From the NCBI GenBank assembly GCA_963792415.1, contig CAWBVY010000006.1:858327-922326 (forward strand): a stretch of 64,000 nt of DNA. The letters are read 5' to 3'. The translations under genes were made by a program, and so were the position numbers. Position 1 is the first letter of the stretch, and each line of letters begins with the position of its first letter. The notes beneath the pieces are model-generated. The model saw only the letters and a list, made by a program, of their open reading frames with translations, made no database searches and had not been told where the DNA came from. Positions 20,853-30,751 of the stretch are shown here, in pieces. The DNA comes from Candidatus Deferrimicrobiaceae bacterium (GTDB lineage Bacteria; Desulfobacterota; Deferrimicrobia; Deferrimicrobiales; Deferrimicrobiaceae).

Positions 20853-22901
20853 ATGCGCGAAACCTCCCCCAGGAGCCGCGTCGAGGAACTGCGCAGGCTC
20901 CTCCGTTATCACAACGACCGGTATTACCGGGACGACGCTCCCGAAATCACCGACTCCGAGTACGACGCCCTGTTCCGCGAGCTCCAGCGGCTCGAGGAGA
21001 CCCATCCCGAGCTGTCCGACTCCGACTCGCCGACCCGGCGCGTGGGGGCGGAGCCGGTCGCGGCGTTCGGAGCCGTGGTCCGCGGCGTCCCCATGCTCTC
21101 CCTGCAGAACGCATTCTCCGAGGAGGAGCTGCACGAGTTCGACGCCCGTCTCCGGCGGTTCCTCGCCGGTCGCGGCGTTCCGGCGGACGCCCTGGATCGC
21201 TCGGGGTACGTCGCGGAAGCGAAGATCGACGGTCTCGCGGTCGAACTCACCTACGAGAATGGCACGTACACCCGGGGCGCCACGCGGGGAGACGGTGTCC
21301 GGGGGGAGGATGTGACGGCGACACTGCGGACGATCCCCGACGTTCCGCTTTCCTTGCCCCGGGTCGCTGCGGCAGGCGCCGCACCGCCCCCCGCCCTCCT
21401 GACGGCGCGCGGGGAAGTGTACATGGAGAAGGGCGAACTCGCGGCGCTGAACCGGGGCCGGGAACGCGCCGGGGAGCCGATCTTCGCCAACCCCCGGAAC
21501 GCGGCGGCGGGATCGGTCCGGCAACTCGACCCCAGGGTGACGGCGAGTCGCCGCCTGAAGCTTTGGGTCTACGGCGCCGGGAGAATCGAGGAGCCGGGCA
21601 TCCTCTCGCACTGGGACGAGCTTTCGTGGCTCTCGGGCCTGGGCCTTCCGGTCAACTGGGCCTGCAGCCGGCGGTGCCGGGACATCGACGAGGCCGCCGC
21701 CTTCTACCGGGAAATCGGAGAGACGAAGGAGTCGTTTCCGTACGAGATCGACGGGGTGGTGGTGAAGGTGAACGATACCGCGCTCCAGCGGGAACTCGGC
21801 GAGATCTCGCGCTCCCCCCGGTGGGCCGTCGCGGCGAAATTCTCCCCGGACCGGGCGGAGACCACCGTGGAGGAGATCGTCGTCGGCGTCGGACGGACGG
21901 GGACGATCACCCCCGTGGCCTTCCTGTCTCCCGTCGTGGTTCGCGGCGTCATCGTGCGGCGCGCCACGCTCCACAACCAGGACCTGATCGACGCGAAGGA
22001 TATCCGGGTGGGCGACCGCGTCCTCGTGCAGCGGGCGGGGGACGTGATCCCGGAGGTGGTGGAGTCCCTGTCCGCGGGAAACGATGCCCCCGGGCGGGGT
22101 CCGAGGTTCCGCATCCCGGACCGGTGTCCGGTGTGCGGCGCCCCCGTGGAGCGGGTCCCCGGCGAGGCGGCTCACCGCTGCACCGGGAAGGGGTGCACGG
22201 CGAAGCTCAGGGAAGCCCTTCGTCACTTCGCCGCGAAGGATGCGATGGACATCGAGGGGATGGGGGCGAAAACCGTCTCCGCTCTCGTGGATCAGGGACT
22301 GGTGACGGAGCCTGCCGACCTGTACCGTCTCGACCGTGGGGCGCTGGCCGCGATGGAGCGCCTCGGGGAGAAGTCGGCGGACAACCTGATCCAGGCGATC
22401 GACCGGAGCCGGCGCGTCTCCCTTTCCCGCTTCCTGTACGCGCTGGGAATCCCGCACGTGGGCGAGCACCTGGCCGAGGTCCTGGCCCGCCACTTCGGGA
22501 CCCTGGAGGCGCTGCGGGAGGCGACGGCCGAGGAACTGACGAAGGTCCGGGAAGTGGGGCCGGAGGTGGCGGGCAGCCTGCGGAGCTGGTTCGACGCGCC
22601 GGAGCGCGCACGGGCCATCGACCGGTTGCTTCGGGAGGTGACCCCCCTCCCCCCGACGAAGCCGGCGGGAAAAGTGTCGGGGAAGACGTTCCTCTTCACG
22701 GGAACCCTCTCGATCCCTCGCGCGCGGGCGGCCGAGTGGATCCGGAAGGAGGGGGGAACCGTCGCGGCGGGGATCAGCCGGAAGGTGGATTTCCTGGTAG
22801 CGGGAGCGGACGCCGGCGGAAAGAAAACCAAGGCGAAGGAACTGGGGATCCCGATTCTCTCGGAAGAGGAGTTTCTCGCGATGGTGGGAGGGAAGGGGTA
22901 G
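20853..22901 (+). CDS. ligA: NAD-dependent DNA ligase
   Basis: EAKIDGL (KxDG), TRGDG, FANPRNAAAGS, Zn finger, HhH repeats, BRCT. Confidence 0.98.
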   Translation: MRETSPRSRVEELRRLLRYHNDRYYRDDAPEITDSEYDALFRELQRLEETHPELSDSDSPTRRVGAEPVAAFGAVVRGVPMLSLQNAFSEEELHEFDARLRRFLAGRGVPADALDRSGYVAEAKIDGLAVELTYENGTYTRGATRGDGVRGEDVTATLRTIPDVPLSLPRVAAAGAAPPPALLTARGEVYMEKGELAALNRGRERAGEPIFANPRNAAAGSVRQLDPRVTASRRLKLWVYGAGRIEEPGILSHWDELSWLSGLGLPVNWACSRRCRDIDEAAAFYREIGETKESFPYEIDGVVVKVNDTALQRELGEISRSPRWAVAAKFSPDRAETTVEEIVVGVGRTGTITPVAFLSPVVVRGVIVRRATLHNQDLIDAKDIRVGDRVLVQRAGDVIPEVVESLSAGNDAPGRGPRFRIPDRCPVCGAPVERVPGEAAHRCTGKGCTAKLREALRHFAAKDAMDIEGMGAKTVSALVDQGLVTEPADLYRLDRGALAAMERLGEKSADNLIQAIDRSRRVSLSRFLYALGIPHVGEHLAEVLARHFGTLEALREATAEELTKVREVGPEVAGSLRSWFDAPERARAIDRLLREVTPLPPTKPAGKVSGKTFLFTGTLSIPRARAAEWIRKEGGTVAAGISRKVDFLVAGADAGGKKTKAKELGIPILSEEEFLAMVGGKG

Positions 22902-22904
22902 CCG

Positions 22905-23186
22905 ATGGACGGGACCGCCGAGGCGCACGTCATCGTCTCGGGCCGCGTGCAGGGGGTCTGGTTCCGCGGAAACACGCAGCGCGCCGCCTCCGCGGCTGGC
23001 GTCCACGGGTGGGTGCGCAATCTCCCCGACCGCCGCGTGGAGGCGGTCCTTCAGGGAGAGCGCACCGCGGTGGAGAGCGTGATCGATTTCATGCGGACCG
23101 GGCCGCCCGGATCCGCCGTGGTCGATTGCGTCGTCACCTGGCGTCCGCCGGGGGAGCGGTTTCATGGCTTCGACATCCGCTACTGA
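22905..23186 (+). CDS. acyP: Acylphosphatase
   Basis: VSGRVQGVWFR, GWVRNLPD. Confidence 0.93.
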   Translation: MDGTAEAHVIVSGRVQGVWFRGNTQRAASAAGVHGWVRNLPDRRVEAVLQGERTAVESVIDFMRTGPPGSAVVDCVVTWRPPGERFHGFDIRY

Positions 23187-24165
23187 CCGGGTCGCCGCGC
23201 ACTGGGTCCCGGACGGGGATGCCGCGCGGTGCGGGCTGTGCCCCCACGGCTGCCGGATCGCGGAGGGTAAGACGGGGACCTGCGGGATCCGCGAGAACCG
23301 GGGGGGTACGCTCTTCGCGGCCACGTACGGGAAGGTCGCCACCGTCGCGGTCGATCCCATCGAGAAGAAACCGCTGTTCCACTTCCACCCCGGCGCACGC
23401 ATCCTCTCCATCGGTTCCGTCGGGTGCAACTTCCGGTGCGAGTTCTGCCAGAACTGGAACCTCGTGCTGCGCCAGGTCCCGGTCGAGCCGGTGCGGACCG
23501 AAGAGTTGCTTCGAGCGGCGCGCCGGGAGAATTCGGTGGGGATCGCCTACACCTACAACGAGCCGTTCATCCAGTTCGAGTTCGTCCTCGAATGCGCCAA
23601 GGCGTTCCGGGCGGCGGGAATGAAGAACGTGCTGGTCACCAACGGGTACGTGAACCCCGCGCCGCTCGCCGAACTTCTCCCCTTCGTGGACGCGATGAAC
23701 ATCGACCTGAAGTCGATGGACCCGGCCTTCTACCGGAAGATCTGCGGAGGGGATCTTGACCCGGTCCTCGCGACGATCCGTACGGCGGCGAAGGCGACCC
23801 ACGTCGAGGTCACCACGCTTCTCTACACCGGGCACAACGATGCGGACGATCAGGTCCGGAAGGTGGTCGACTTCATCGCGGAGACGGACCGGGAGATCCC
23901 GCTCCACATCTCGCGCTACTTTCCGATGCACCGCGCCACCGCCCCTCCGACGCCGCCGGACCGGCTCGCTTCGGCGTGCCGCATCGCCCGGGAACGGCTC
24001 CCGTACGTCTACGTCGGGAACGTGCACCTGCCGGGAGCGGGGGACACCGTTTGCCCGGGGTGCGGTGCGGCCGTCATCCGCCGGGAGGGGTACCGAGTCG
24101 ACGCGCGCGGCCTGTCCGGGGACCGGTGCGCCGTCTGCGGCGCACGCCTTCGATTCGTGGTATAA
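23164..24165 (+). CDS. amrS: AmmeMemoRadiSam system radical SAM enzyme
   Basis: CGLCPHGC, DPIEKKPLFHFHPG, GCNFRCEFCQN, YTYNEP, YVYVGN. Confidence 0.9.
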   Translation: MASTSATDRVAAHWVPDGDAARCGLCPHGCRIAEGKTGTCGIRENRGGTLFAATYGKVATVAVDPIEKKPLFHFHPGARILSIGSVGCNFRCEFCQNWNLVLRQVPVEPVRTEELLRAARRENSVGIAYTYNEPFIQFEFVLECAKAFRAAGMKNVLVTNGYVNPAPLAELLPFVDAMNIDLKSMDPAFYRKICGGDLDPVLATIRTAAKATHVEVTTLLYTGHNDADDQVRKVVDFIAETDREIPLHISRYFPMHRATAPPTPPDRLASACRIARERLPYVYVGNVHLPGAGDTVCPGCGAAVIRREGYRVDARGLSGDRCAVCGARLRFVV

Positions 24166-24173
24166 ACCAACGG

Positions 24174-24449
24174 ATGGAACGTTCGCGCCCGCACCCCCAG
24201 CGTGGGATCTTCGCCGGTTCGAGGGCGGGGAGGTTTCTCTCCGCTCTCCTTCTCGCCCTCTGCCTGCTCTTCCCCCTCCCATCCTCCGCCGCCACGGACT
24301 TCAGCAAGGCAGGAACATACGAGGACCGCGCGACTGCCGAGAAGATGAGCCGATCGCGTTACCGGAACCTCGAGGTGGCCTCCCTTGTCGTCATCCTCGT
24401 AGCCGGAGGGGCGGCCATCCTCTGGGCGGTCCGCAGGAGAAAACCTTGA
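24174..24449 (+). CDS. Small exported protein with C-terminal TM helix and basic tail
   Basis: Signal-like LSALLLALCLLFPLPSSA; ends VASLVVILVAGGAAILWAVRRRKP; stop overlaps the TTG of the next gene. Confidence 0.6.
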   Translation: MERSRPHPQRGIFAGSRAGRFLSALLLALCLLFPLPSSAATDFSKAGTYEDRATAEKMSRSRYRNLEVASLVVILVAGGAAILWAVRRRKP

Positions 24450-25657
24450 CCTATCCCCTGAAGCGGGTCCTGGTCGTCGACGACGAGCCGATGATCGTCT
24501 CCCTCCTCTCCACGATCCTCCGGGAGAAGGGATGGGACGTCACCGAGGCGCAGTCCGGAACGGATGGGATCGACCAGCTCGACCGGGCCAGTTTCGACGT
24601 CATACTCACCGACCTCGTCATGCCGGGGGAGAGCGGCATCGACCTGCTGCGGGCCGCGAAGGAGATCCACCCCGACGTCGAGGTGATCCTCATGACGGGG
24701 TACGCCAACGCGGACACCGCCATCGAGGCGATGCGCAACGGCGCCTTCCACTACATCATGAAACCGCTGAAGACCGATGATGTGACGAGCCTCGTCGAAA
24801 AGGCGTACTCCCATCGGCAGCTGCAGCGGGAGAACCAGTTCCTGAAATCGGAAATCCGGGCCGCCCACCATGTCCAGTCCGTCGTCGGTGACAGCGAGCC
24901 CATCCTGCGACTGATCGCCACCCTCCAGGGAATCGCTGACGTTGGCGGCCCGGTGCTGCTCGCCGGGGAGCGCGGCACCGGGCGCGGCTTCTTCGCCCGC
25001 ATCGTGCACTTCAACAGCCGGCGGTCCGCGGAGCTGTGCGTCCCGGTCCACTGCGAGGGAGCTCCGGAAGAGACGCTCCTCGCGGAGCTGTTCGGGGCAC
25101 CGTCCGCCACCGAAGACAAGACGTCCGTCCCCCATTCCGGAAAGATGGAGCTCGCGAACCACGGCACGCTCTACCTCGCCGATTTCGCCGAGGCGGGCCG
25201 GGAGGTCCTGGAGCGGATCCACCGGCTCATCGCAGACCGGACGACGGTTCCGGACGGTGGAACAAACCAGGGCACGCTCGACGTCCGGCTCATCGTTTCC
25301 AGCGCGGTCCCCGTGGAGGAACTGGCGCGGGGGGGAAACGTTCCTCCGACATTGCTCAAGGCGCTGGAGCCGAGGATCGTGCGCATCCCCCCGCTGCGGG
25401 AACACCTCGAGGACGTGCCGCTGCTGCTGCACCATTTCCTGCAGGAGGCGAACCGGGAGCGGAAGAAATCCCTCCGTGGATTCACCTCCTCCGCACTCGC
25501 CGCTCTCGAAACGTACGACTGGCCGGGGAACGTCCGGGAGTTGCGCGATCTCGTCCGCGCGATCGCGGGAAAGAAGAAGCAGGGAACGATGATCGACGCA
25601 ACGGACATCCCGCCCGAGATCCTGTACCGGAATCTCCGTCGGCATCCGTCGCAGTAA
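24446..25657 (+). CDS. NtrC-like response regulator (REC plus degenerate sigma54-activator AAA+ domain, no HTH)
   Basis: VLVVDDE, LTDLVMP, MTGY, YIMKP receiver; WPGNVREL retained; GAFTGA absent, Walker A GERGTGR, Walker B LYLADF. Confidence 0.85.
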   Translation: MTYPLKRVLVVDDEPMIVSLLSTILREKGWDVTEAQSGTDGIDQLDRASFDVILTDLVMPGESGIDLLRAAKEIHPDVEVILMTGYANADTAIEAMRNGAFHYIMKPLKTDDVTSLVEKAYSHRQLQRENQFLKSEIRAAHHVQSVVGDSEPILRLIATLQGIADVGGPVLLAGERGTGRGFFARIVHFNSRRSAELCVPVHCEGAPEETLLAELFGAPSATEDKTSVPHSGKMELANHGTLYLADFAEAGREVLERIHRLIADRTTVPDGGTNQGTLDVRLIVSSAVPVEELARGGNVPPTLLKALEPRIVRIPPLREHLEDVPLLLHHFLQEANRERKKSLRGFTSSALAALETYDWPGNVRELRDLVRAIAGKKKQGTMIDATDIPPEILYRNLRRHPSQ

Positions 25658-25685
25658 CGGATTTTTCCCGACAAGGGGGCATCCC

Positions 25686-26717
25686 ATGAAAGCCGCATTC
25701 TTCCGTGAACACGGGGGGCCGGACCGCGTAGAGTTCGGTGACCTTCCGGAGCCGGCCGCCGGGGCCGGGCAAGTCCGCGTGCGGGTCAGGGCGGCCGCGC
25801 TCAACCACCTCGACATCTTCGTCCGAAACGGCATCCCCGGCATCCCGGTGACGCTCCCCCACGTGATGGGATCGGACGGGGCCGGCGTCGTCGAATCGAC
25901 CGGCGCCGGGGTCACCCGGGTGAAGCCCGGCGACGAGGTCGTTCTGAACCCCGGGATCAACTGCGGGGAGTGCGAGTTCTGCCTTTCCGGGGAGCACTCC
26001 CTTTGCGTCACCTTCCACCTCCTCGGGGAGCACATCGCGGGGACGTTCGCGGACATCGTGGTCGTCCCCGCCGTGAACGCCTACCCGAAGCCGCCGGGAC
26101 TTTCCTGGGAGGAGTCGGCCGCGTTCCCGCTCACTTTCCTCACCGCGTGGCGGATGCTCGTCTCCAAGGCGCGGGTGAAACCCGGCGAGTCGCTCCTGAT
26201 CGTCGGCATCGGCGGAGGCGTCGCGGTGGCCGCGCTGCAGATCGCGAAGCTCCTGGGCCTCACCGTGTTCGTCACCTCGGGGAGCCCGGAGAAGCTCGAT
26301 CGGGCGAAGGCGCTCGGCGCCAATGCCGGGATCGACCACGGCAAGACGGACTTCTCCAGGGAGATTCGAAAGCTCACGGGGAAGCGCGGGGTCGACGTCG
26401 TCCTCGATTCGGTGGGAAAAGCCACATGGAAGCAGTCGATAGCGGCCGCGGCCCGGGGGGGACGTCTCCTCACCTGCGGCGCCACCACCGGCGCCGATCC
26501 GCAGACGGACCTCGGGCGCATCTTCTGGAACCAGCTGACCGTGTACGGCTCCACCATGGGGACGCACGCGGAGTTCGCCGGGATGCTGAAGCTTTTCAGC
26601 GACGGGAAGGTGAAACCGGTCGTCGACGCGGTCTTCTCCTTGCGGGAGGCCGGGGAGGCCCTCCGGCGCCTCGAGGAGAAGCGCCAGTTCGGGAAGATCG
26701 TCCTGCGGGTCGATTGA
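25686..26717 (+). CDS. Zinc-binding MDR-family dehydrogenase/quinone oxidoreductase
   Basis: AALNHLD, GSDGAG, CGECEFCLSGEHSLC, GIGGGVA, FGKIVL. Confidence 0.92.
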   Translation: MKAAFFREHGGPDRVEFGDLPEPAAGAGQVRVRVRAAALNHLDIFVRNGIPGIPVTLPHVMGSDGAGVVESTGAGVTRVKPGDEVVLNPGINCGECEFCLSGEHSLCVTFHLLGEHIAGTFADIVVVPAVNAYPKPPGLSWEESAAFPLTFLTAWRMLVSKARVKPGESLLIVGIGGGVAVAALQIAKLLGLTVFVTSGSPEKLDRAKALGANAGIDHGKTDFSREIRKLTGKRGVDVVLDSVGKATWKQSIAAAARGGRLLTCGATTGADPQTDLGRIFWNQLTVYGSTMGTHAEFAGMLKLFSDGKVKPVVDAVFSLREAGEALRRLEEKRQFGKIVLRVD

Positions 26718-26779
26718 CGGTGCCGGAGCCGTTTGATACGTTACGGGACAGGAAGGAATTTCATAAAGGAGGCAGCCCG

Positions 26780-27070
26780 ATGATTACCTTCGAGTACCGG
26801 TTCGACATCCTCCCCGGCAAGGCCGATGTGTACGAGAAATACGTAAAGGGGCAGGGAAAGAACATCTGGTTGAAGTACAGGGGCGTGAAGGCCGTGCGGA
26901 AGTACAAGAGCATGCTGGGAGGTTCCTCCCCCCAGCGCGTCGTCCAGGTGGATCTCGACGCGCTGGCCACGCTCGAGAAGATCCTCTCCGACCCGGGATT
27001 CAAGAAGGCGAAGGAGAGGTTCCACGGGATGGTGACGAACGTGAGCGACTCGCTGCTCGTCTCGGTCTGA
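26780..27070 (+). CDS. Small protein, probable dimeric alpha+beta barrel (EthD/DUF1330-like)
   Basis: AAGGAGG SD before ATG 26780; 96 aa with a beta-alpha-beta-beta-alpha-beta pattern. Confidence 0.65.
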   Translation: MITFEYRFDILPGKADVYEKYVKGQGKNIWLKYRGVKAVRKYKSMLGGSSPQRVVQVDLDALATLEKILSDPGFKKAKERFHGMVTNVSDSLLVSV

Positions 27071-27076
27071 TTCCGC

Positions 27077-27103
27077 GAAAGGGCGGCCAGCGGCCGCCCT
27101 TTC
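27077..27103. terminator. Hairpin between convergent genes (probable bidirectional terminator)
   Basis: GAAAGGGCGGCC-agc-GGCCGCCCTTTC perfect 12-bp stem. Confidence 0.65.
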
Positions 27104-27931
27104 TCATTTCCTCTGCCGCAGGATCTCCTCGTAGACTTCCTTCCGCGACAACCCGGTCCGCTCGGCGATCTCCTTCGCGAGGTCCCGGGACGACCCCGAA
27201 GAGTCCTCGACCGCGGCCCGGACGATCTCTTCCACCGATAGTTCCACCGTCTTCGGCGCGCCGCCCACAACCACGGTGACCTCGCCGAGGACGCTCGACC
27301 GGCCGGCGATCTCCGCCGACAACTCCGGCAGCGTCCCTCGAACAATCTCCTCGTGCACCTTCGTCAGCTCCCGCACGACGCAGGCCCGTCGCTCGCCCAG
27401 CTCTGCCGAGGCGTCCGCGAGGAACGAGGCGAGGCGGTGCGGGGACTCGTAGAAGATCATCGTCCGCGTCTCGCGGGAAAGGGCCGCGAGCGCCTTGCGG
27501 CGGCGCCCCGCACGGTTCGGGAGAAAGCCCTCGAAGGTGAAGTGGTCGGTGGGCAGGCCGGAGACCACCAGGGCGGCCACCAGGGCCGAGGGACCGGGGA
27601 TCACCTCCACGGGAATCCCCTGGGAGACGGCGTCCCGGACCAGGTCGTATCCCGGGTCCGAGATGGCGGGAGTGCCGGCGTCGGAGACGAGCGCCACGCT
27701 CTCCCCTTCGCGGAGGCGCCGCAGGATCCCGGCCCCCGCCCGCGCCTTGTTGTATTCGTGGAAGACGACCATCGGCGTCCGGATCTCGTAGCGGTTCAGC
27801 AGCTTCACCGTGCGGCGCGTGTCCTCGCAGGCGATCACCGGCGCCTCCTTGAGGATCCGGACGGCCCGGAAGGTGATGTCTTCCAGGTTCCCGAGCGGCG
27901 TCGCAACGACGTACAGCGTCCCGTGGCTCAT
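27104..27931 (-). CDS. rsmI: 16S rRNA C1402 2'-O-methyltransferase
   Basis: LYVVATPLGNLEDIT, ACEDTR, SDAGTPAISDPG, FYESPHR, RELTKVHEE. Confidence 0.97.
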   Translation of the reverse strand: MSHGTLYVVATPLGNLEDITFRAVRILKEAPVIACEDTRRTVKLLNRYEIRTPMVVFHEYNKARAGAGILRRLREGESVALVSDAGTPAISDPGYDLVRDAVSQGIPVEVIPGPSALVAALVVSGLPTDHFTFEGFLPNRAGRRRKALAALSRETRTMIFYESPHRLASFLADASAELGERRACVVRELTKVHEEIVRGTLPELSAEIAGRSSVLGEVTVVVGGAPKTVELSVEEIVRAAVEDSSGSSRDLAKEIAERTGLSRKEVYEEILRQRK

Positions 27932-27940
27932 ATCGGTTCC

Positions 27941-29239
27941 CTACAGCTTCCGGTTGTCGATCACCCGCTTCGCCTTCCCCTCGGACCGCCCGAGGGTCTT
28001 CTTTTCGACGAGCTTTACGTCCACGGAGATCCCCAGTTCGTGCGCCAGCCGTTTCCGGATCGTATCGACCATCTCCCTCTGGCGCCGCATCTGGTCGAAG
28101 AAGATCGACTCCGCCGCCTCCACCCGCACCGTCACCTCGTCCATCGCGCCTTTCCGATCGATGACGATCTGGTAGTGCGGCTCCGTCCCCTCGATCTCGA
28201 ACAGGACGCGCTCGATCTGCGACGGAAAGACGTTGACTCCCTTGATGATCAACATGTCGTCGGTGCGGCCGGTCACGCGGCTCATCCGGCGGCCCGTCCG
28301 GCCGCACGGGCACGGGCCCGGCATCAGGCAGGTCAGGTCGCGCGTCCGGTACCGGATCATCGGGAACGCTTCCTTGGTAAGCGCGGTGATCACCAGTTCG
28401 CCTGTTTCCCCGGGCGCCACCGGACGCAGATTCCCGGGATCGATCACCTCGACGAGGAAGTGGTCCTCGTTGATGTGGAGCCCCTGCCGTTCCTGGCACT
28501 CCCCCGAGACCCCGGGCCCGATGACCTCGGAGAGCCCGTAATTGTCGGTGGCCACGATCCCGAGCCTGCCTTCGATTTCCTGGCGCATCGCATCGGACCA
28601 CGGCTCCGCGCCGAACAGCCCGTAGCGCAGCGACAGGGCGGAGACCGGGATCCCGATCTCCTGCATGGTTTCCGCGACCTGCAGCGCATAGGAAGGCGTG
28701 GAAACCAGCGCGGTCGTCTTGAAGTCTTTCATGATCTGGATCTGGCGCTCGGTGTTCCCGCTGGAGGCGGGGATGACCGAGGCGCCGATCCGCTCCGCCC
28801 CGTAATGGAGCCCGAAAGCCCCGGTGAACAGGCCGTACCCGAAGGCGATCTGGACGACGTCCTCCTTGGTGACGCCCCCCGCCGTGAGGATCCGCGCGAC
28901 CAGGTTGCTCCACGTCCGGATGTCGTTGCGCGTGTACCCGACCACGGTGGCCGCGCCGGTCGTGCCGGAGGAGGCATGGATGCGCACCACCTCCCGCAAC
29001 GGAACGGCGAAAAGCCCGTACGGGTAGTTGTCCCGAAGATCCGCCTTCGTCGTGAAGGGAAGGCGGGCCAGGTCCGCGAGGGACCCGACGTCCTCGGGGG
29101 TGATCCCCATGGCGTCGAACTTCTTCCGGTAGAACGGGACGTGCGCGTAAACGCGGTTGAGCGTCGACTGCAGCCGCTCGAGCTGGAGCTGCTCGAGCTC
29201 CTCCCGATCCATGCACTCCTTGTCACGTTCCCAGTACAT
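27941..29239 (-). CDS. paaK: Phenylacetate-CoA ligase (copy 1)
   Basis: [51 protein letters not shown]. Confidence 0.93.
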   Translation of the reverse strand: MYWERDKECMDREELEQLQLERLQSTLNRVYAHVPFYRKKFDAMGITPEDVGSLADLARLPFTTKADLRDNYPYGLFAVPLREVVRIHASSGTTGAATVVGYTRNDIRTWSNLVARILTAGGVTKEDVVQIAFGYGLFTGAFGLHYGAERIGASVIPASSGNTERQIQIMKDFKTTALVSTPSYALQVAETMQEIGIPVSALSLRYGLFGAEPWSDAMRQEIEGRLGIVATDNYGLSEVIGPGVSGECQERQGLHINEDHFLVEVIDPGNLRPVAPGETGELVITALTKEAFPMIRYRTRDLTCLMPGPCPCGRTGRRMSRVTGRTDDMLIIKGVNVFPSQIERVLFEIEGTEPHYQIVIDRKGAMDEVTVRVEAAESIFFDQMRRQREMVDTIRKRLAHELGISVDVKLVEKKTLGRSEGKAKRVIDNRKL

Positions 29240-29255
29240 TCCGCCCTCCGATCCG

Positions 29256-29993
29256 TTACATCGTCCCTTCCGCGTCCAGATCCCGGCCAAGGTAGGCCCG
29301 CTGCACCTCGCGGTTCGAGAGGAGGTCTTCCGCCGTCCCCTGCATGATAATCCTTCCGGTTTCAAGAACATACCCGCGGTCCGCGATGCCGAGCGCGGCC
29401 TTCGCGTTCTGTTCGACGAGCAGGACCGTGCTCCCCTCCTCCCGGAGTCTCGTGACGATCGAGAATATATCCTTGATGACCAGCGGCGCGAGCCCCATCG
29501 AGGGCTCGTCCATCATGATCAGCCTGGGGCGGGCCATGAGCGCCCTCGCGATGGCGAGCATCTGCTGCTCGCCTCCCGAGAGCGTTCCGGCGAGCTGGCG
29601 CTCGCGCTCCCTGAGGCGGGGGAAGAGCCCGTAGACGCGTTCGAGGTCGTCCCGGACCTGGTCGCCGTGCCGTTTCCGGTATTGCGGGTAGGCGCCCAGG
29701 AGGATGTTCTCCTTCACCGTCATGGGAGCGAAGAGCTGGCGTCCCTCGGGGACGAGCGAGCAGCCGAGGAAGACGATCCTTTCCGGGGGCATCGTCCCGA
29801 TCTCCTTCGTGTCGAAGAGGATCTCGCCGGATCGCGCGGGGATCAGTCCCGAGACCGTCCTCAGGAGGGTCGTCTTCCCGGCGCCGTTCGCCCCGATGAT
29901 CGTTACGATCTCCCCGGCCCCGATGTGCATCGTGACCTTCTTGAGCACCTTCCGCCTGCCGTACCCGGACTCGAGGTTCTTGATCCTCAGCAC
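29256..29993 (-). CDS. livF: Branched-chain amino-acid-type ABC ATP-binding protein LivF
   Basis: [32 protein letters not shown]; GTG start 29993. Confidence 0.93.
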   Translation of the reverse strand: MLRIKNLESGYGRRKVLKKVTMHIGAGEIVTIIGANGAGKTTLLRTVSGLIPARSGEILFDTKEIGTMPPERIVFLGCSLVPEGRQLFAPMTVKENILLGAYPQYRKRHGDQVRDDLERVYGLFPRLRERERQLAGTLSGGEQQMLAIARALMARPRLIMMDEPSMGLAPLVIKDIFSIVTRLREEGSTVLLVEQNAKAALGIADRGYVLETGRIIMQGTAEDLLSNREVQRAYLGRDLDAEGTM

Positions 29994-30751
29994 TCGTCGT
30001 CCCCCAGGTACACCCGGATCACCTCCCGGTTCTTCTGGATCGCGAGGGGGCGATCCTCGGCGATCTTCTCCCCGTAGCTCACCACGACGACCTCGTCCGA
30101 GATCTTCATGACGAGCGACATGTCGTGCTCCACGAGGAGCACGGTGACGCCCATGTCCCGGATCCTCGAGATCAACCCCCCCATTTCGTTCGTTTCCCGC
30201 ATGTTCAGCCCGGCCGCGGGTTCGTCGAGCAGGAGGAGCTTCGGCTCGCAGGCGAGCGCCCGGCCGATCTCGACGACGCGCTGCTGGCCGTAGGCGAGAC
30301 TGGTCGCCTCCGTCCCGGCATGGTCGACGATGCCGAGCATCTCCATGATCCCGAAGCTCTTCTCCCGGATCCGCCGCTCCTCCTTCCACGTGAACGGCAG
30401 GTTCATCATCCCGGCGAGGAACCCCGCCCGGCTGTGGACGTGGCGCCCGACCATGATGTTCTCGAGAGCCGTCATCTTCGGGAAGAGACGGATATGCTGG
30501 AACGTTCGCACCATGCCGCGGGTGGCGACCTCGCAGGACGACATGCCGTGGATCTCCGTCCCCCCGAAAACGATCTCGCCGGAATCGGGAAGGAGGAACC
30601 CGGAGATCAGGTTGAAGATCGTCGTCTTCCCCGCGCCGTTCGGCCCGATCAGCGCCTTGATCGCTCCCGCGGCGACATCGAAGGAGAGGTCGTTGACGGC
30701 CTGGAGGCCGCCGAACCGCTTGGCGATCCCCCGGACCGAAAGAAGCGTCAC
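29987..30751 (-). CDS. livG: Branched-chain amino-acid-type ABC ATP-binding protein LivG
   Basis: FGGLQAV, GPNGAGKT, LAYGQQR, DEPAAG; GTG 30751. Confidence 0.93.
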   Translation of the reverse strand: MTLLSVRGIAKRFGGLQAVNDLSFDVAAGAIKALIGPNGAGKTTIFNLISGFLLPDSGEIVFGGTEIHGMSSCEVATRGMVRTFQHIRLFPKMTALENIMVGRHVHSRAGFLAGMMNLPFTWKEERRIREKSFGIMEMLGIVDHAGTEATSLAYGQQRVVEIGRALACEPKLLLLDEPAAGLNMRETNEMGGLISRIRDMGVTVLLVEHDMSLVMKISDEVVVVSYGEKIAEDRPLAIQKNREVIRVYLGDDEC

